The notes under the pieces were generated by a model. That model saw nothing but the letters and a program-made list of their open reading frames with translations. It made no database searches and was not told the DNA's origin. A DNA stretch of 63,084 nucleotides, counting the filler, from Nemertoderma westbladi (lineage: Eukaryota; Animalia; Xenacoelomorpha): the NCBI GenBank assembly GCA_032718475.1. It is 3 parts of 3 records of this genome, joined end to end, with 100 filler letters (N's around TTAATTAATTAA, not from the genome) between each part and the next. Parts side by side here need not be neighbours in the genome. Positions count along the whole stretch, not along the records: positions 1 to 21,709 come from JAUCBJ010005686.1; positions 21,810 to 39,251 come from JAUCBJ010006417.1; 1 more part is not named here. One strand, given 5' to 3'. A program made the translations under genes and the position numbers. Shown here piece after piece: positions 11,683 to 24,021 of this stretch (the stretch's first letter is position 1; each line of letters begins with the position of its first letter).

Positions 11683-14600
11683 TTAAACGGGTTTAGCATT
11701 GTCACCAATGTCTGCAGCAGGATCCTGAGTAGGGAACTTATCACCTCTCGTAGAGTCACCGCTGTCATTGCCTTCAAGAAGGCACAGCCTCTGGATAGGG
11801 CGTTGGTAGTGGCCCTTTGCCGTTCGTATCGTCACAGTCCTCGCAAGTCCGTCTTTGCTCGGTTGTATTGCCATGACTCGCGCCACAGGCCAGTGGACGC
11901 GGTCTTTGAGGTCTTCTTTCACTAGCGCCATGTCGCCAACTGCGACATTCCTGTAGGTGTTGTTCCACTTCCTCCTGGTCCGGAGGGTTATGAGGTACTC
12001 CTGGGCCCAGATTCTCCACCAATGCGCTGCCAACGCTTGGGCCTTCTTCCAGTTAGTATGTCTCGCGATATCGTCGGGATCCGGAAACATCATTTCTGGA
12101 AGAATATGGGTTTTGGGTCTCCCCAGTAGGTGGTTAGGAGTGAGGGGCTACAAATCTGTGGGGTCGTCGCGGATAGGGATGATGGGCCGGTTGTTCAGGG
12201 TAGCCGTGATCTCGCAGAATGTTGTGCGGAGGGTGTCATTACTAAGTCGATGAGTTTCTCCCATACCCCGCTCATATGGGGTGCTAAGGGTGTTTGGAAG
12301 TGCCACTGTATATGGTGGTCCTTCCAGACTTGGGATGCGGTGTCCTTGGTAAACCATCCCTCGATCGCTTCTCTAAGTTCTCTTTCTCCTCCCACAAAGT
12401 TTGTACCATTATCGGAGTACATATGATGACATGTCCCATTGTTCGCCATGAACCGACGCAGGGTGTTGATGAATGCGTGTTGCGTAAGGTTCACCACAAT
12501 GTCTAGGTAGATTGCCATAGACCTTAGGCAGGTAAAGATGGCTCCCCAGCATTTGATGTTGGATCGTCGCTCGATGACCGTGAATGGTCCGAAACAGTCG
12601 ACTCCGGTTACATAGAACGGTGGGGAATCAGACTGTAGACGTGTGGCGGGTAAGTCGGCCATCTTTTGTGTGAGTGGTGGCGCTAGATATCTTCTGCAGG
12701 GAAAGCAACGTTTCAACACTTTCCGGATCAGCGGTTGGATGTGGGTGATCCAATATCTTTGACGTATATTAGCTATAATCCAGTTCTGTCCCGCGTGATA
12801 GTTTTCCTCGTGACACCGTTGGATTAATAGCTTGGCTAGTGGCGACGTTCCGGGCAGAAGCTCTGGGTATTTGACCTCGTACTCGACCGGGGCGTTTGCC
12901 ATCCGGGTTTTTAGACAAATCAATCCGTCCTCTCCCATCATTGGTCTCAATTGGTAGACGGGGCTGTCCGGTTTCAAGGTCTTGCCCGCACTGAGTTGTT
13001 CCCACTTGTTGGGGAAACTTACTTTCTGGACATATCTAACGATACATTTCTCCGCAATGATAAGTTCTTGTATACTCCGTCGAACTATCGATTTGTTGTT
13101 CTTCCACCGCAGGAAGTTGCGAAGGGTTAATATGTGGTGGATGAGGCGTTTCATCGATGAAGTTCGCTCGATCAATAGTTGTAAAGACGCCGCTGGTTGG
13201 ATGATAGTCACGACGTTATAGTGCCTGCCCGAGTCCTTTGCAGGCTCGGTCAGGCAACTATAGATTTCCACTGCGTGTCTTCTATGGACTTTACGGATCT
13301 CTTTGTCGGGATCGAATCGGGTACTCCAGGTCAATTGTGGCTGCTGTAGGAATTCCAGGCCTGTATGCCAGAGTTTACTTTTACCGAGTTGTTTTGGGGT
13401 GGCGCCTCCCCTGGATAAGTCCGCTGGATTTTCCTTCCCGTTCACATGGTGCCACTGTTCTCGGCCGGTGCACTGTTTTATCTCCGTGGCTCGGTTCGCT
13501 ACGAACGTGTTGTGGCGTCGTGATGGAGAGTGGAGATAGTAGAGAACGATACTCGAATCGACCCAGAAATGTTGCGATTCGATGGGGATTCGTAGGTTCC
13601 GCATCACCATGCGGTTCTGTCTCACTGCCCAAACTGCGGCCTGTTACTCGAGTCTCGGGATCGTTGCTACGAATTCTCCGGATACTGTCTTTGCCTTAGC
13701 AAATAAGAAGCTTGTGTCGCCGTTTCCATCTTGACTTAGCCTTCTTAGGAAGGTGACTACGCCGATTCCGGTATTTGAAGCATCTGAGAAAGTATGGAGC
13801 TGGGAGATATCGGTGGGTAGTTTATCAAGGAAGAACGGTCGAGGGATCCGCATAAGGTGTAGATGTTCGAGTTGTTCCGTCCACTTTCTCCATTTGACGC
13901 TTAGGTGTGGGGGTAGTTCTTCGTCCCATCCCAGTCCTTCTATCCACATTTCCTTGATTAAATTCATTCCGGCCTAGGTTACCGGGGATATAAAGTTTAG
14001 TGGGTCGAATATTGCACTTTTTATGGACAAACATCCCCTTTTCGTCATGGGCTTGGGTAGGGGGTTATATTTGAAGATGAATTCATCCAATTCTATGTCC
14101 CACTCAATGCCGAGTACACGGTGTTCCACATCCTCGGAATACATTTTATTGTTGTCCAGTCGGATTTCCTCCGGAAACATTTCCATAAGTTTCTTATCAT
14201 GGGATCTGAACTTGACGAGAGGGAAACCTCCTTTCTTTAAGCATTCCACCAACCCCATCGCCAGCTGATATGCGTCCTCAACATTATCGGCGCCAGCGCA
14301 TCCGTCGTCCACATAGAAGCATCGGCGGATGGTCTCTATGACGGTTGGAGGGAACTCGTTTTCACACATAGTTGCCGTTTTCTTTAGCATGTCACTACAT
14401 GCTACCGGTGAGTCCTTAGCGCCGAAGATCCTGACGATCATGCGCATTACGTCTACATCCTTCAATGTGAGTTGACTTATCTCCTGCGGGTTTAATATTT
14501 TATCCGTCCATAATATATGCAGACAGTCTGAGTCTCTTGGTAGCGTTCGGACCTGGTGAAACATAGATTTGATGTCGCATGTGAATGCTATCCGATTTTC

Positions 14601-15155
14601 CCTGAACCTGATCAACACGCCAATAAGTGTACTGTATATGTTGGGCCCTGTGTAGAGTTGGCTGTTCAGGGATTCGCCTTGATACATAGCAGCAGCATCA
14701 TTTACTACTCGGATTTCCCTGCCCTTCAGGGCTTCTACCACGTAGTGGGTAGGGAGATAATATGTCCGTCTGCCCCCTTGTAGTTCATTCCGGGGTACCA
14801 TTTCCGCCAGTCCGTCCTCTAGATATCCTTTGATTACGTTATTATATTTCTCTTTTATCTCGGGTTGGTCATTAAACTGGCATAGGATACCTTTAAGCCG
14901 CCTAAGGGCCATGTTGGCATTATTCGCCATCGGTTTATCTGGGTCTTTCCATAACATGGGCGAACACCAATGTCCATCTTGAAACGTGGCCTGATCCAGG
15001 ATGTCGATACAATATTGATCTTCCTCGGACGGGTTCTCGTCCTTTTTGGCGAACTCTTGGGTCTCTAGATTAAAGTATTTTGTCATCTCCCGCTGAGTTT
15101 TCTCGGTCTCAAGAAACAAATCCTCGTCAAGGTCTGTAGCTGAACAATAACCCAC
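11683..15155 (-). pseudogene. pol: BEL/Pao pol (RT, RNase H/peptidase A17 region, integrase, DUF5641-like C-terminus), broken by stops and frameshifts
   Basis: RT FTCDIKSMFHQV and FYVDD; HTFSDAS; integrase H..H..CFPC, GVDCFGP, YSDNGTNF; C-terminal HWPVARV..DGLAR. Confidence 0.95.
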
Positions 15156-15205
15156 GGAGGTTGCATTCTCTTTAATCTGACATTTAGGAAGGTATGTATA
15201 GGTGT

Positions 15206-18200
15206 CTATAGTTTCCTCCTTGATGCCGCAGAGTGTCCAGCCCTAATCGTTCGTTCAGCGTAGAAGCCGTCATCCGGATTTACAGATCGGGCGACGTCTC
15301 CAGTGGGTATGTGCAATTCCGGTGTGTCGAGTCCGATCAATAGGGTGATGTGCTTTACGTCCAATGGTGGGCACCTTAGGTCTACATCTTCCCAGTCTAA
15401 CTGTATGAGAGGGGCGTATTCGGCAGATTGTCGGAACCGCACTCGGAGGTCGGTATGTACCAAGGCGTTCCTGATTGTTAGCTTAACCATCTCATAGCCC
15501 TTCATGAATCCTTCCATCCGGAGCTGCACCTCCCCGGAGTCTACTTCTCTATGATCGGTGATGGTTTGTATGGGCTGTTTGCAAGGCTCGTAGTCTAGGC
15601 CGAGTTGTTCGAGGAAATCCCGGTCGATGATGATTCCGTCCGACCCATTGTCGAGGAACGCGAGCGTTGTCAAGGATTTCCCGACCCCTTGAATTCTTAC
15701 TGGGATTACCTTGGCGAAGACCATGTAACGGCGATTTATAAGGTTGATTGTGGCTGAGATATTTGTCACTCGTGATACATCGGAGGAGGTCTTAAACGGG
15801 TTGGTTTCCCTCCGTTGAATCGTCCGGGTTCCTTTAGAAACGTGGTTCGTTTCTCCCCTTCGTTTGGCTTCGATCCGAAAGTGGAGGGTGGTGAAGTCAA
15901 AGTTCGCGGGGATGTGGAAGAGTGTGTGATGACGTAGGTCATTACAGACCGCAAAGCACGATCTTTGATCGCAATCCCGAACATAGTGACCTGTTCCAAG
16001 ACACCGGAAACATCCTCGGTATTTCATTATCGCCTCGAAGCGTGGTACGAGTTCGGCGAACTGGAACTTTCTGCAGAATTCCACCTTATGCTTCTCCCCG
16101 CAGAAGAGACAGAGGAGGGAGTTTGTGGTGCCTTCCCTTTCGGGTGCCCAATTCTCAAGATAACATGCCCATTCCTCGGGTGATGTCGGTTCCTCGTAGT
16201 CCTCGTCGTTGGAATCCTTGGCCATTGTGATAGCCATCGTACTCACCGGAGGGGGACGGAATCTCGGTTTCTGAGTAGGTGTCCTGCTCCTGGAGTTGTT
16301 CTCTATTCCATCTAACTTGGCGAGACTTTGCTTGGAGAACATCGAGTCATTCATGGCTTCGGAGATGTCATCCAGGAATGCTGACATTTCGAGGAAACTG
16401 GGATCTCGATCTGGGTGTCTGCGTCGGAGATCTACGCATTTATACGCCCATTTACTTTGCAACCATCCGGGGAACTTTCGGGCGATCTGCCGGAAGTTTA
16501 GAATGTTGTTGACTTGTTCCTCCCTATTTAACGGTTTTAGAGTGTAGTAGGCATCCTTCATGGAATCCGAGAACTCCTGGATATTCTGTGGGTCCCCTAG
16601 GGATCCTGCGTCCTGTATCAGTTTCTCGAGAGTTTTATTAATTATAGTCCCGGTATTTCCGTATCTTTTGTCGAGGGTTTTCCATGCGTCGTAATATGCT
16701 TTATGAGCTCCTCCCTCGAAACATGCGATAATTCGCGTGGTTTGTCGCCCAGGTATTGAGATAAATATACCAGTTTTTGTGCGTCGGCTATATCTGTTGA
16801 CCCAATCTGGGTGAAGAACCGTTTTTTGAATCTGAGGTAATCGACGGGGTCTCCTTCGAAGGTGCGGATCTCCACCTTGGGCATGGCCAGGCAGTTTTCC
16901 AATGCCCAGATAATGCCGACGTCATCTGAACTGGAACGACTATGAGGATTATAGTTATTGGCGCTCTCTCCCATACATGATGGATCGACGAGAGGTGGGG
17001 TTTTAATGATGACGCGGTTATGGGTTTGTGATATGGATGTAAACGGGTTGTTGGATCGAGGGGTAGCGTCCCGTTCCGAGTCCTTTTCAGGCTCGTACGT
17101 GGGCACACTCGGGACAGTGGTGTTGGCTGGGAGATAAGGTTCCTCATTCTTAAGCATAACTGGTGGGGGGTGGAATACCGGTGCTTGTGCCGATAACGTA
17201 GACTGTATGGTAGGCGGGAACTCGGGTTTTGGAGGTTTTGCCGCCGGTGGTGTAAATGACTTTTCTAATTCTGGTATCGGGATTGGTTCGTAGTTCTGTT
17301 CTATACCCCTCTCCCAGTCCTCGTATAGTTGAATATCCCGTTCTATAAGTGCGGCTTCGTATTCCGCGAGTTTTGCAATATCTGCATTCTTTTTATGGAT
17401 AAGGATCGCCTGGGCCTCGGCGTGTTGTTTACGCATTTCGGCTTCTCGTTTTCGTTGTTCGATTTCCTGTTCGGCCTCTCGTTTTCGTTGTTCGATTTCC
17501 TGTTCGGCCTGTCGTTCGGCCTCCTGTTTGCGTTGTTTGGCCTCTTGTCTACGTTGTTCAGCCTCCCGTTCGCGTTGTTCGGCCTGTCGTTCGGCCTCCT
17601 GTTCGCGTTGTTTGGCCTCTCGCCTACGTTGTTCAGCCTCACATTCGGCCTCCTGTTCGCGTTGTTTGGCCTCTCGTCTACGTTGTTCAGCCTCACGTTC
17701 GCGTTGTTCGGCCTGCCGTTCGGCCTCCTGTTCGCATTGTTTGGCCTCTCGTCTACATTGTTCAGCCTCCCGTTTGCGTTGTTCGGCCTGCCGTTCGGCC
17801 TCTTGTTCGGCCTCTCGTTTTTGCATTTCGGCTGCTAATACATCTTGCTCGGCTCGCAGTTGAACAAACTCATCTTCCATCCGAGCTTTGAGGGCCAATG
17901 CCTTCTGTTCTCGTAGCTGATCTCGGAGTGGCTGACCCCCTTGAGAACTGCGTGTTGAACCGGCCGCCTCGCTCCTAGCGCTGGAGTGCTGGTTCCTAGA
18001 GGACCCCGTTCTCTTTCGATGTATTGCTGTCCTGGTACTGGAGGTTCGCACCGATCCTGCATCTGTTCTTTCCGCCCTCTTATAATATTGCTCCTCGTAG
18101 CCTCTCACTAGGCTGAGGGTCCTCCGGTGTTGTTTCCTGAACTCATCTAGATGTACAACGTGTTCTTCTAGTCTGGGGTAGTTTACCTGATCGGTAGCGG

Positions 18201-18459
18201 GGATGAGTTCTTGATACGCCTGTATCATCCTCTCATATCGTTGTAAGATACTTCGAATATTCTGAAGCTGAGTTTGTATCTCGTTGAGGGGGGTTTCGGC
18301 TCCCTTGAGTTGTTTCTCTATACGTTGATACGCTCGAGTGACCCCGCCCTTGAGAGCGCCTAGTCGACGGGTCATGTTTTTGACGTTCGGTACCTCATCG
18401 GCTTCCGAGTCTGTATGGGTGTCCATCTCGTCGGTGTCGGAGACGTTGTTCGTCGTCAT
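15206..18459 (-). pseudogene. gag: BEL/Pao gag-protease, frameshifted near 16640-16700
   Basis: Coiled-coil N-terminus, DUF1759-like FEGDPVDYLRF, three zinc knuckles (CLFC..H..C, CFRC..GH..C, C..HHTLFH), protease AFLDNGS. Confidence 0.93.
17440..17830 (-). repeat. In-frame tandem repeat in gag encoding (EQEAERQAEQR.REA)n coiled coil
   Basis: Repeated DNA and peptide units within ORF 16642-18459. Confidence 0.9.
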
Positions 18460-18647
18460 TCTAGCGCCTCGTTGATAGCTAGATATTCGATGTCGTAAAA
18501 TAGCTCCTCGTAAGTCTCGTACTCAGCTTGGATTACCCGTACGTTAATTCTGAATCGTCCGACGTTTGTTCCTTGTACTTCAACCTCGATGTGCCAGATT
18601 CCTGGCTCAACTTGGATTATGTCAATAGGTGTGATCGATACTTCCAT
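18456..18647 (-). CDS. 63-aa upstream ORF overlapping the gag start (ATGA)
   Basis: Intact ATG-started ORF whose TGA overlaps the gag ATG. Confidence 0.4.
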   Translation of the reverse strand: MEVSITPIDIIQVEPGIWHIEVEVQGTNVGRFRINVRVIQAEYETYEELFYDIEYLAINEALE

Positions 18648-18825
18648 TCCCTGTTAACGACTCTTATATGTGATCTGCCGACTACGAGTTTATAAGATCG
18701 AGTTTGTTGATTAATTAAACCACGGCTTTGTCTTAACTCAAATACCAGAGTTTCCTCGTAGTGGGTGCTGGGTAAGCACGGAGAGAGTTTGAAGAGTATT
18801 GTAGGATTCCCAACTTTGGAAAATT

Positions 18826-19656
18826 GAAAAGGATTCGGAAAGCCTGCTGATTGCGTCAGGGATTTGCGACGGGAACTGACAGATCCTTAGCGGTCCTTGG
18901 TCACCGGCAGTTATTACGAGCCTGAAAAGGATTCGGAAAGCTTGCTGACTGCACCAGGGACTTGCGACGGATCGACCGACTTGACGAAGGAAGGGTTCGA
19001 TGAGGACTGACTTCATGGAGTGACTTCCTACTGAAGCGACTATGAGCCTGAAAAGGATTCGGAAAGCTTAGGTGGTTGAGACCCTTCGATGAACCGACAG
19101 ACCCCTAGCCAAGCCGTACCACTTTCCTGATGACCGATCCCTTCGGGGTTTGGGAAGGGTGGGACGGACACGCAACAGGGTCTACCGACCTGACCGACCC
19201 TTAGCCAAGCCGTACCGCTTTCCTGATGACCGACCCCTTCGGGGTTCGGGAAGGGTGGGACGGACACGCAACAGGGTCGACCGACACCGACACTACGGTA
19301 ACTGGACTAGGACCGAGGGAAAATGGGGATCATTAGTTAGGTTAAAATCTAAAAGCGAACAGTGGGTAATTAAAAATAATGTACTGTAGGAATTTATATG
19401 TTCGTGTATTATTGTGAATATTTGGTATATTGGTGTGGGGAAGCCCAAATTATTCTCAATCAAGGTTCAATCAGAGTTTAAGTTACATTAAAGATTATAT
19501 CCAACCAATGCGACTTTTTTCTCTACTGCAATCTTGCATCTCAGATAAGACTCCTTCTCCACTGCCAATATCCGGTGACTGGCTGGAATCAAGTGGTCTG
19601 AAAATTCCGCCACCAGCATCGGCGTTTTCCCCATGGTGTCGGGAATAACGGCTACA
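18826..19656 (+). mobile_element. BEL family-1 LTR (subfamily a), 5'-truncated, inverted relative to the adjacent internal domain
   Basis: Near-identical to 4868-5699; ends GGCTACA; followed by a short remnant of the same microsatellite. Confidence 0.85.
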
Positions 19657-19959
19657 CTGTTGTTCTGTAGTTCTGTTGTGTCCAATTCTAAACGTTAATA
19701 ACTCAGCCAAATCTCGATAAAATATATCCAAACTTGGTACATATGTAGTCTTGCAAAAGTTTAGAAATTTTCCATGTTGAATTTGCATGGGATCTCCGTG
19801 CAGCATCTGTGTGTGTAACTGTCATGCAGTTATAATAAATTTATCTATCCAAAAATTATTAGGCTTGGCATCAGCTTGTTGCTAGGAGACTGCAGGATAT
19901 ATCAGGTGGGTTTGAAATTCAGCAATACCAGTACCATGGCCTACCCGGTACTCACTGCT

Positions 19960-21064
19960 TGTAAAAGCTTTTGCGGACATAACAAGTCATTTTTACGCAA
20001 TGCGCGGAATACTCTAAAATAGCCCTAAAATTGTTCAACTACGCGACGGACAGAAATTAGAACCAAGATGACGAAATCTGTCAGCTGATTCTTTGTGTAC
20101 ATGGAGATTCCTTTGTTTGAGCTTATTCGGCCAATCAGAGCAATCTTCCCAGTTATGCCAGTAGAGACCTACCTGAGGAAACTGGCGCATGCGCATTAGT
20201 TATCGTTTTTTCTGAGAATTAGATTCCTCTCAGAATTCTGTACTTAGTACGGACGTTTCAGACTATGGCCCAAGAACATCTGATGGCCTTAGTTATAAGA
20301 ACGTAAATCTATTAACTTGTCATACCACGTCGTACGACGCATTGCACTAAACATAACTCACCTGGAACACATACTGACTGTTCACCCACCGCACTGTTTT
20401 AATGCTGTTTTATATTGTGTTAATTGCTGTTTATATTAATGGATGTTATATTTGGAGAATACCGATAAATAATCGTAAACCCCTCAACTTTCTTGATTAC
20501 TGAGGTAAGCGGAGAAAGGGTCTACCGGTAATAACTGTGATTCAAATTATAGTGGTTTTGTGTGAATTAAATGCTATTTCATAATCCCTACGTGTGTCAG
20601 TTGCAATCCTCCTTATATATGATCAAAATCAGTGACGGTCGGCAAATTAGTGTGAATTAGTGTAAATTAGTGTGAAGTAGTGTGAAGTTGTATGAAGGTT
20701 AATAAAGCATCTCCTAAAGAATGCGCTATTTACGAAACTCCGTGGCCATCTAGTTGTGATTAGTGTAAGTCATAACTCTGTTTTATACTTAAAGCGCCAC
20801 GTCCTAAAGCCGCGTCCCCGAAAGTAAATATAGTTGTCAGAGTTTATATAGTAGCGATCAATCGAATAATACAAAGTAGCCTACATTGCAATAACTTCCT
20901 AGGGAACGCGAATCCAGTCTCCCACACCGTGGGTCATACGCCGCGCACGGACTGGCTTCGGCGGATGTAACTTCAGTACAACAGGTAAGGGCTAAAGTCG
21001 ATTCATAATTTAAAAGACATTTAAATTGGCAGGTTAAACTGCTAAAGGTCTAAAAGCGCGAACA
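19960..21064 (+). mobile_element. Solo LTR of BEL family 2
   Basis: TGTAAAAG...GCGCGAACA; 5-bp flanks ctgct/ctact; inverted homolog of 60723-61854. Confidence 0.85.
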
Positions 21065-21117
21065 CTACTATTGCCTAGTGGTAGGCCTAGCTTTCTAGGC
21101 TGGTTGTCTACTACAAC

Positions 21118-21657
21118 TAGGATCGGCATGCTGCATTGCAGCTGCATTTTTAAGAATGCTGTGCCGGCTTGTCAACAAAATTGCACCGCCACAACTCCCT
21201 ATCACCCATGACATTTGCTAGATCATCCGCATCTTTAAGGCCAGTGTCCTTTAAGATGCGTCTCAAGAAAGTCATGGGCTGTCCACCATGCTTATTCACT
21301 CCATGAGGCTGCCAAAGTACAAGATTATGCACTGGCTGGTCCTCACGGCAAAAGCAATGTCCTGCAAAGCGGAGGCGATTTTGTTCTAGTGTCAGGCTTG
21401 GGGGAACCAATGAGACACCTCCAATGTTATATATGTCTGGTTGGAGATGTGTGCATTGTACTTGACACAATGAACCCGGCGTAGCATTCTTGTGAATGTG
21501 CCATCCAGAGATTTGGTGTCCTCAGCAGTTAGAGCCTAGCATGGACTCCCGTAGAGGAGTACTGGAACTACTGCTGCTCTAAATAATCGGACCTTAAGTT
21601 TCCGATTAATTCTCGGTGACTTCCAAATCCTGGAAAGCCTATTCAAGGCTGCCCATG
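21118..21657 (-). mobile_element. RTE-clade LINE 3' fragment
   Basis: Inverted near-identical copy of 24820-25370; RT C-terminal peptide LRFAGHC.R. Confidence 0.8.
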
Positions 21658-21709
21658 TGTTCGCGCTTTCAGACCTTTGGCAGTTTAACCCACCAAATTA
21701 AGATGTCTT
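21658..21709 (-). mobile_element. Terminal stub of another family-2 LTR running into the gap
   Basis: TGTTCGCGCTTTCAGACCTTT matches 60723 onward. Confidence 0.8.
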
Positions 21710-21809
21710 NNNNNNNNNNNNNNNNNNNNNNNNNNNNNNNNNNNNNNNNNNNNTTAATTAATTAANNNNNNNNNNNNNNNNNNNNNNNNNNNNNNNNNNN
21801 NNNNNNNNN
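21710..21809. other. Assembly gap with artificial TTAATTAATTAA linker
   Basis: N44-TTAATTAATTAA-N44, same as at 39252. Confidence 0.95.
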
Positions 21810-22038
21810 CCTCCGCCCCCTCCGCCCCCTCACCCCAGAACCACCCCCCCCATAATACTTCAAGCAGCTAACCAGTCGAGCTACACTAGCTATGCTATTG
21901 CTCGGCTGCAGTTGTAATATTAATATTAATATCATAAAAATATAAATGTATCTTTGTGCTATTACTATTGATGCATTATGAAAGAAATAAATAAATTGTT
22001 CTGTTAGTGACTTACAGTCGTTTGAAATCGTAATTTTC

Positions 22039-24021
22039 GCCCATGTGAAGTTTCCCAGGATTCCACTTTCCCAGAGAAAAAAAAACACATAGGAACGGAA
22101 TTTGGCCCATTCACTATCACTAGGCAACTTTCGTATTTTCGACCATCTTCCCAAACAGTCTGGGAAACTTCACATGGGGGGTATTTTGGTATTCAGGTGC
22201 TGCGCGAAGTTCTCTTTTTTGAGGGGGGTGGTTTGTTGATCAGTCGGTCGGACGGTGAGTGATGAAGTGGGCGGGTGGGTTTGTGGGTGGGAAAGTGGGA
22301 AAATTGGAATGTGGGTGGATGGGAATGTGGGAAGATGGATGGGAATATGGGAATGTGGGGAGGTGGATGGGAATGTGGGAAGATGGGAAGGTTCATGGGA
22401 TTGTAGGAAGATGGGAAGGTTGATGGGGATGTGGGAAGATGTGAATAACAATGTTTATTGTTTGGATAGAAAAGCCCGCTGCTGTAACCTGCTCCTTTCC
22501 CATCAATTGGTAAGTGACAACAACGTTTATTGTTTTTTTTAGAAAAGCCGCCTCTGTCACCTACTCCTTTCCTCAAATTGGTAGATAACAACGTTTATTG
22601 TTTTGGTTAGAAAAGCCCTCCTCTGTAACCTGCTCCTTTCCCTCAATAGGTAACAATATCGATAATTGTTTTGGTTAGAAAAGCCCGCCTCTGTAACCTG
22701 CTCCTTTCCCTCAATTGGTAACAATATCGTTTATTGTTTTGATTAGAACAACCCACCTCTGTAACCTGCTCCTTTCCCACAATTGGTAACAATATCGTTT
22801 ATTGTTTTGGTTAGTAAAGCCCGCCTCTGTAACCTGATCCTTTCCCTCAATTGGTAACAATATCGTTTATTGTTTTGGTTAGAACAGCCCACCTCTGTAA
22901 CCTGCTCCTTTCCCACAATTGGTAACAATATCGTTTATTGTTGTGGTTAGAAATGCCCGCCTCTGTAACCTGCTCCTTTCCCTCAATTGGTAACAATATC
23001 GTTTATTGTTTTGGTTAGAAAAGCCCGCCTCTGTAACCTGCTCCTTTCCCTCAATTGGTAACAATATCGTTTATTGTTTTGGTTAGAACAGCCCACCTCT
23101 GTAACCTGCTCCTTTCCCACAATTGGTAACAATATCGTTTATTGTTTTGGTTAGTAAAGCCCGCCTCTGTAACCTGCTCCTTTCCCTCAATTGGTAACAA
23201 TATCGTTTATTGTTGTGGTTAGAACAGCCCACCTCTGTAACCTGCTCCTTTCCCACAATTGGTAACAATATCGTTTATTGTTTTGGTTAGTAAAGCCCGC
23301 CTCTGTAACCTGCTCCTTTCCCTCAATTGGTAACAATATCGTTTATTGTTTTGGTTAGAACAGCCCACCTCTGTAACCTGCTCCTTTCCCACAATTGGTA
23401 ACAATATCGTTTATTGTTGTGGTTAGAAATGCCCGCCTCTGTAACCTGCTCCTTTCCCTCAATTGGTAACAATATCGTTTATTGTTTTGGTTAGAAAAGC
23501 CCGCCTCTGTAACCTGCTCCTTTCCCTCAATTGGTAACAATATCGTTTATTGTTTTGGTTAGAACAGCCCACCTCTGTAACCTGCTCCTTTCCCACAATT
23601 GGTAACAATATCGTTTATTGTTGTGGTTAGAAATGCCCGCTTCTGTAACCTGCTCCTTTCCCTCAATTGGTAACAATATCGTTTATTGTTTTGGTTAGAA
23701 AAGCCCGCCTCTGTAACCTGCTCCTTTCCCTCCATTGGTAGGTAAAAATAACTTCATTCCCATCTTTCCACATTCCCATCTTCCTACATTTCCACCACCT
23801 TCCAACATTCCCATCCATCTTCCCACATTCCTACAGTATCTTCCTATATTCCCACCCATCTTCCCACATTCCCATCTTCCTACATTCCCATACCCACCGA
23901 CCAACCAACCGACCGACTGACCGACCAACCGAGCCAAACACCCACCTACCCACCCCTTTAAACAAATGTTGACCCATTTTATTTCGACTTTCCGTGGCTC
24001 TCTGGGAAAGTTCACATGGGC
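22039..24021. mobile_element. Foldback/MITE-like element with inverted arms around a 68-bp satellite
   Basis: GCCCATGTGAAGTTTCCCAG (about 22039) versus CTGGGAAAGTTCACATGGGC (about 24002); GGGAATGTGGGAAGAT tract (22240-22440) mirrored at 23750-23960. Confidence 0.65.
22445..23738. repeat. 68-bp tandem satellite, about 19 copies, with alternating variants
   Basis: CTCTGTAACCTGCTCCTTTCCC(T/A)CAATTGGTAACAATATCG recurs every 68 bp. Confidence 0.97.

Larger units (their letters stand above)
6404..18825 (-). mobile_element. BEL/Pao LTR retrotransposon, family 1 (gag-pol, extra ORF3, 3' LTR; 5' LTR missing)
   Basis: Domain order Gag zinc knuckles-PR-RT-RH-IN typical of BEL/Pao; polypurine tract and 3' LTR downstream. 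Confidence 0.93.

Noticed and set aside
18735-18751. TGGTATTTGAG on the minus strand as a tRNA-Met PBS
   Set aside because: Mismatches to TGGTATCAGAGC and not adjacent to an LTR end.
19220-19290. Hammerhead-ribozyme-like CTGATGA-stem-GAA in LTR repeats (retrozyme idea)
   Set aside because: GAAG instead of GAAA, no convincing stems I and III, and subfamily b has CTCGATGA at the same place.
6404-19656. DIRS-like or DNA-transposon interpretation because of the inverted ends
   Set aside because: Encodes a DDE integrase with BEL domain order and a PPT; no tyrosine recombinase or transposase; outer flanks are not a clean TSD.
21754-21765. TTAATTAATTAA between N runs (also at 39296-39307)
   Set aside because: Identical all-frame stop linker in both gaps; a scaffolding artefact.
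22445-23738. 68-bp array (and the 29-bp array at 34030-36383) as possible CRISPR arrays
   Set aside because: No unique spacers, no cas genes, eukaryotic context.
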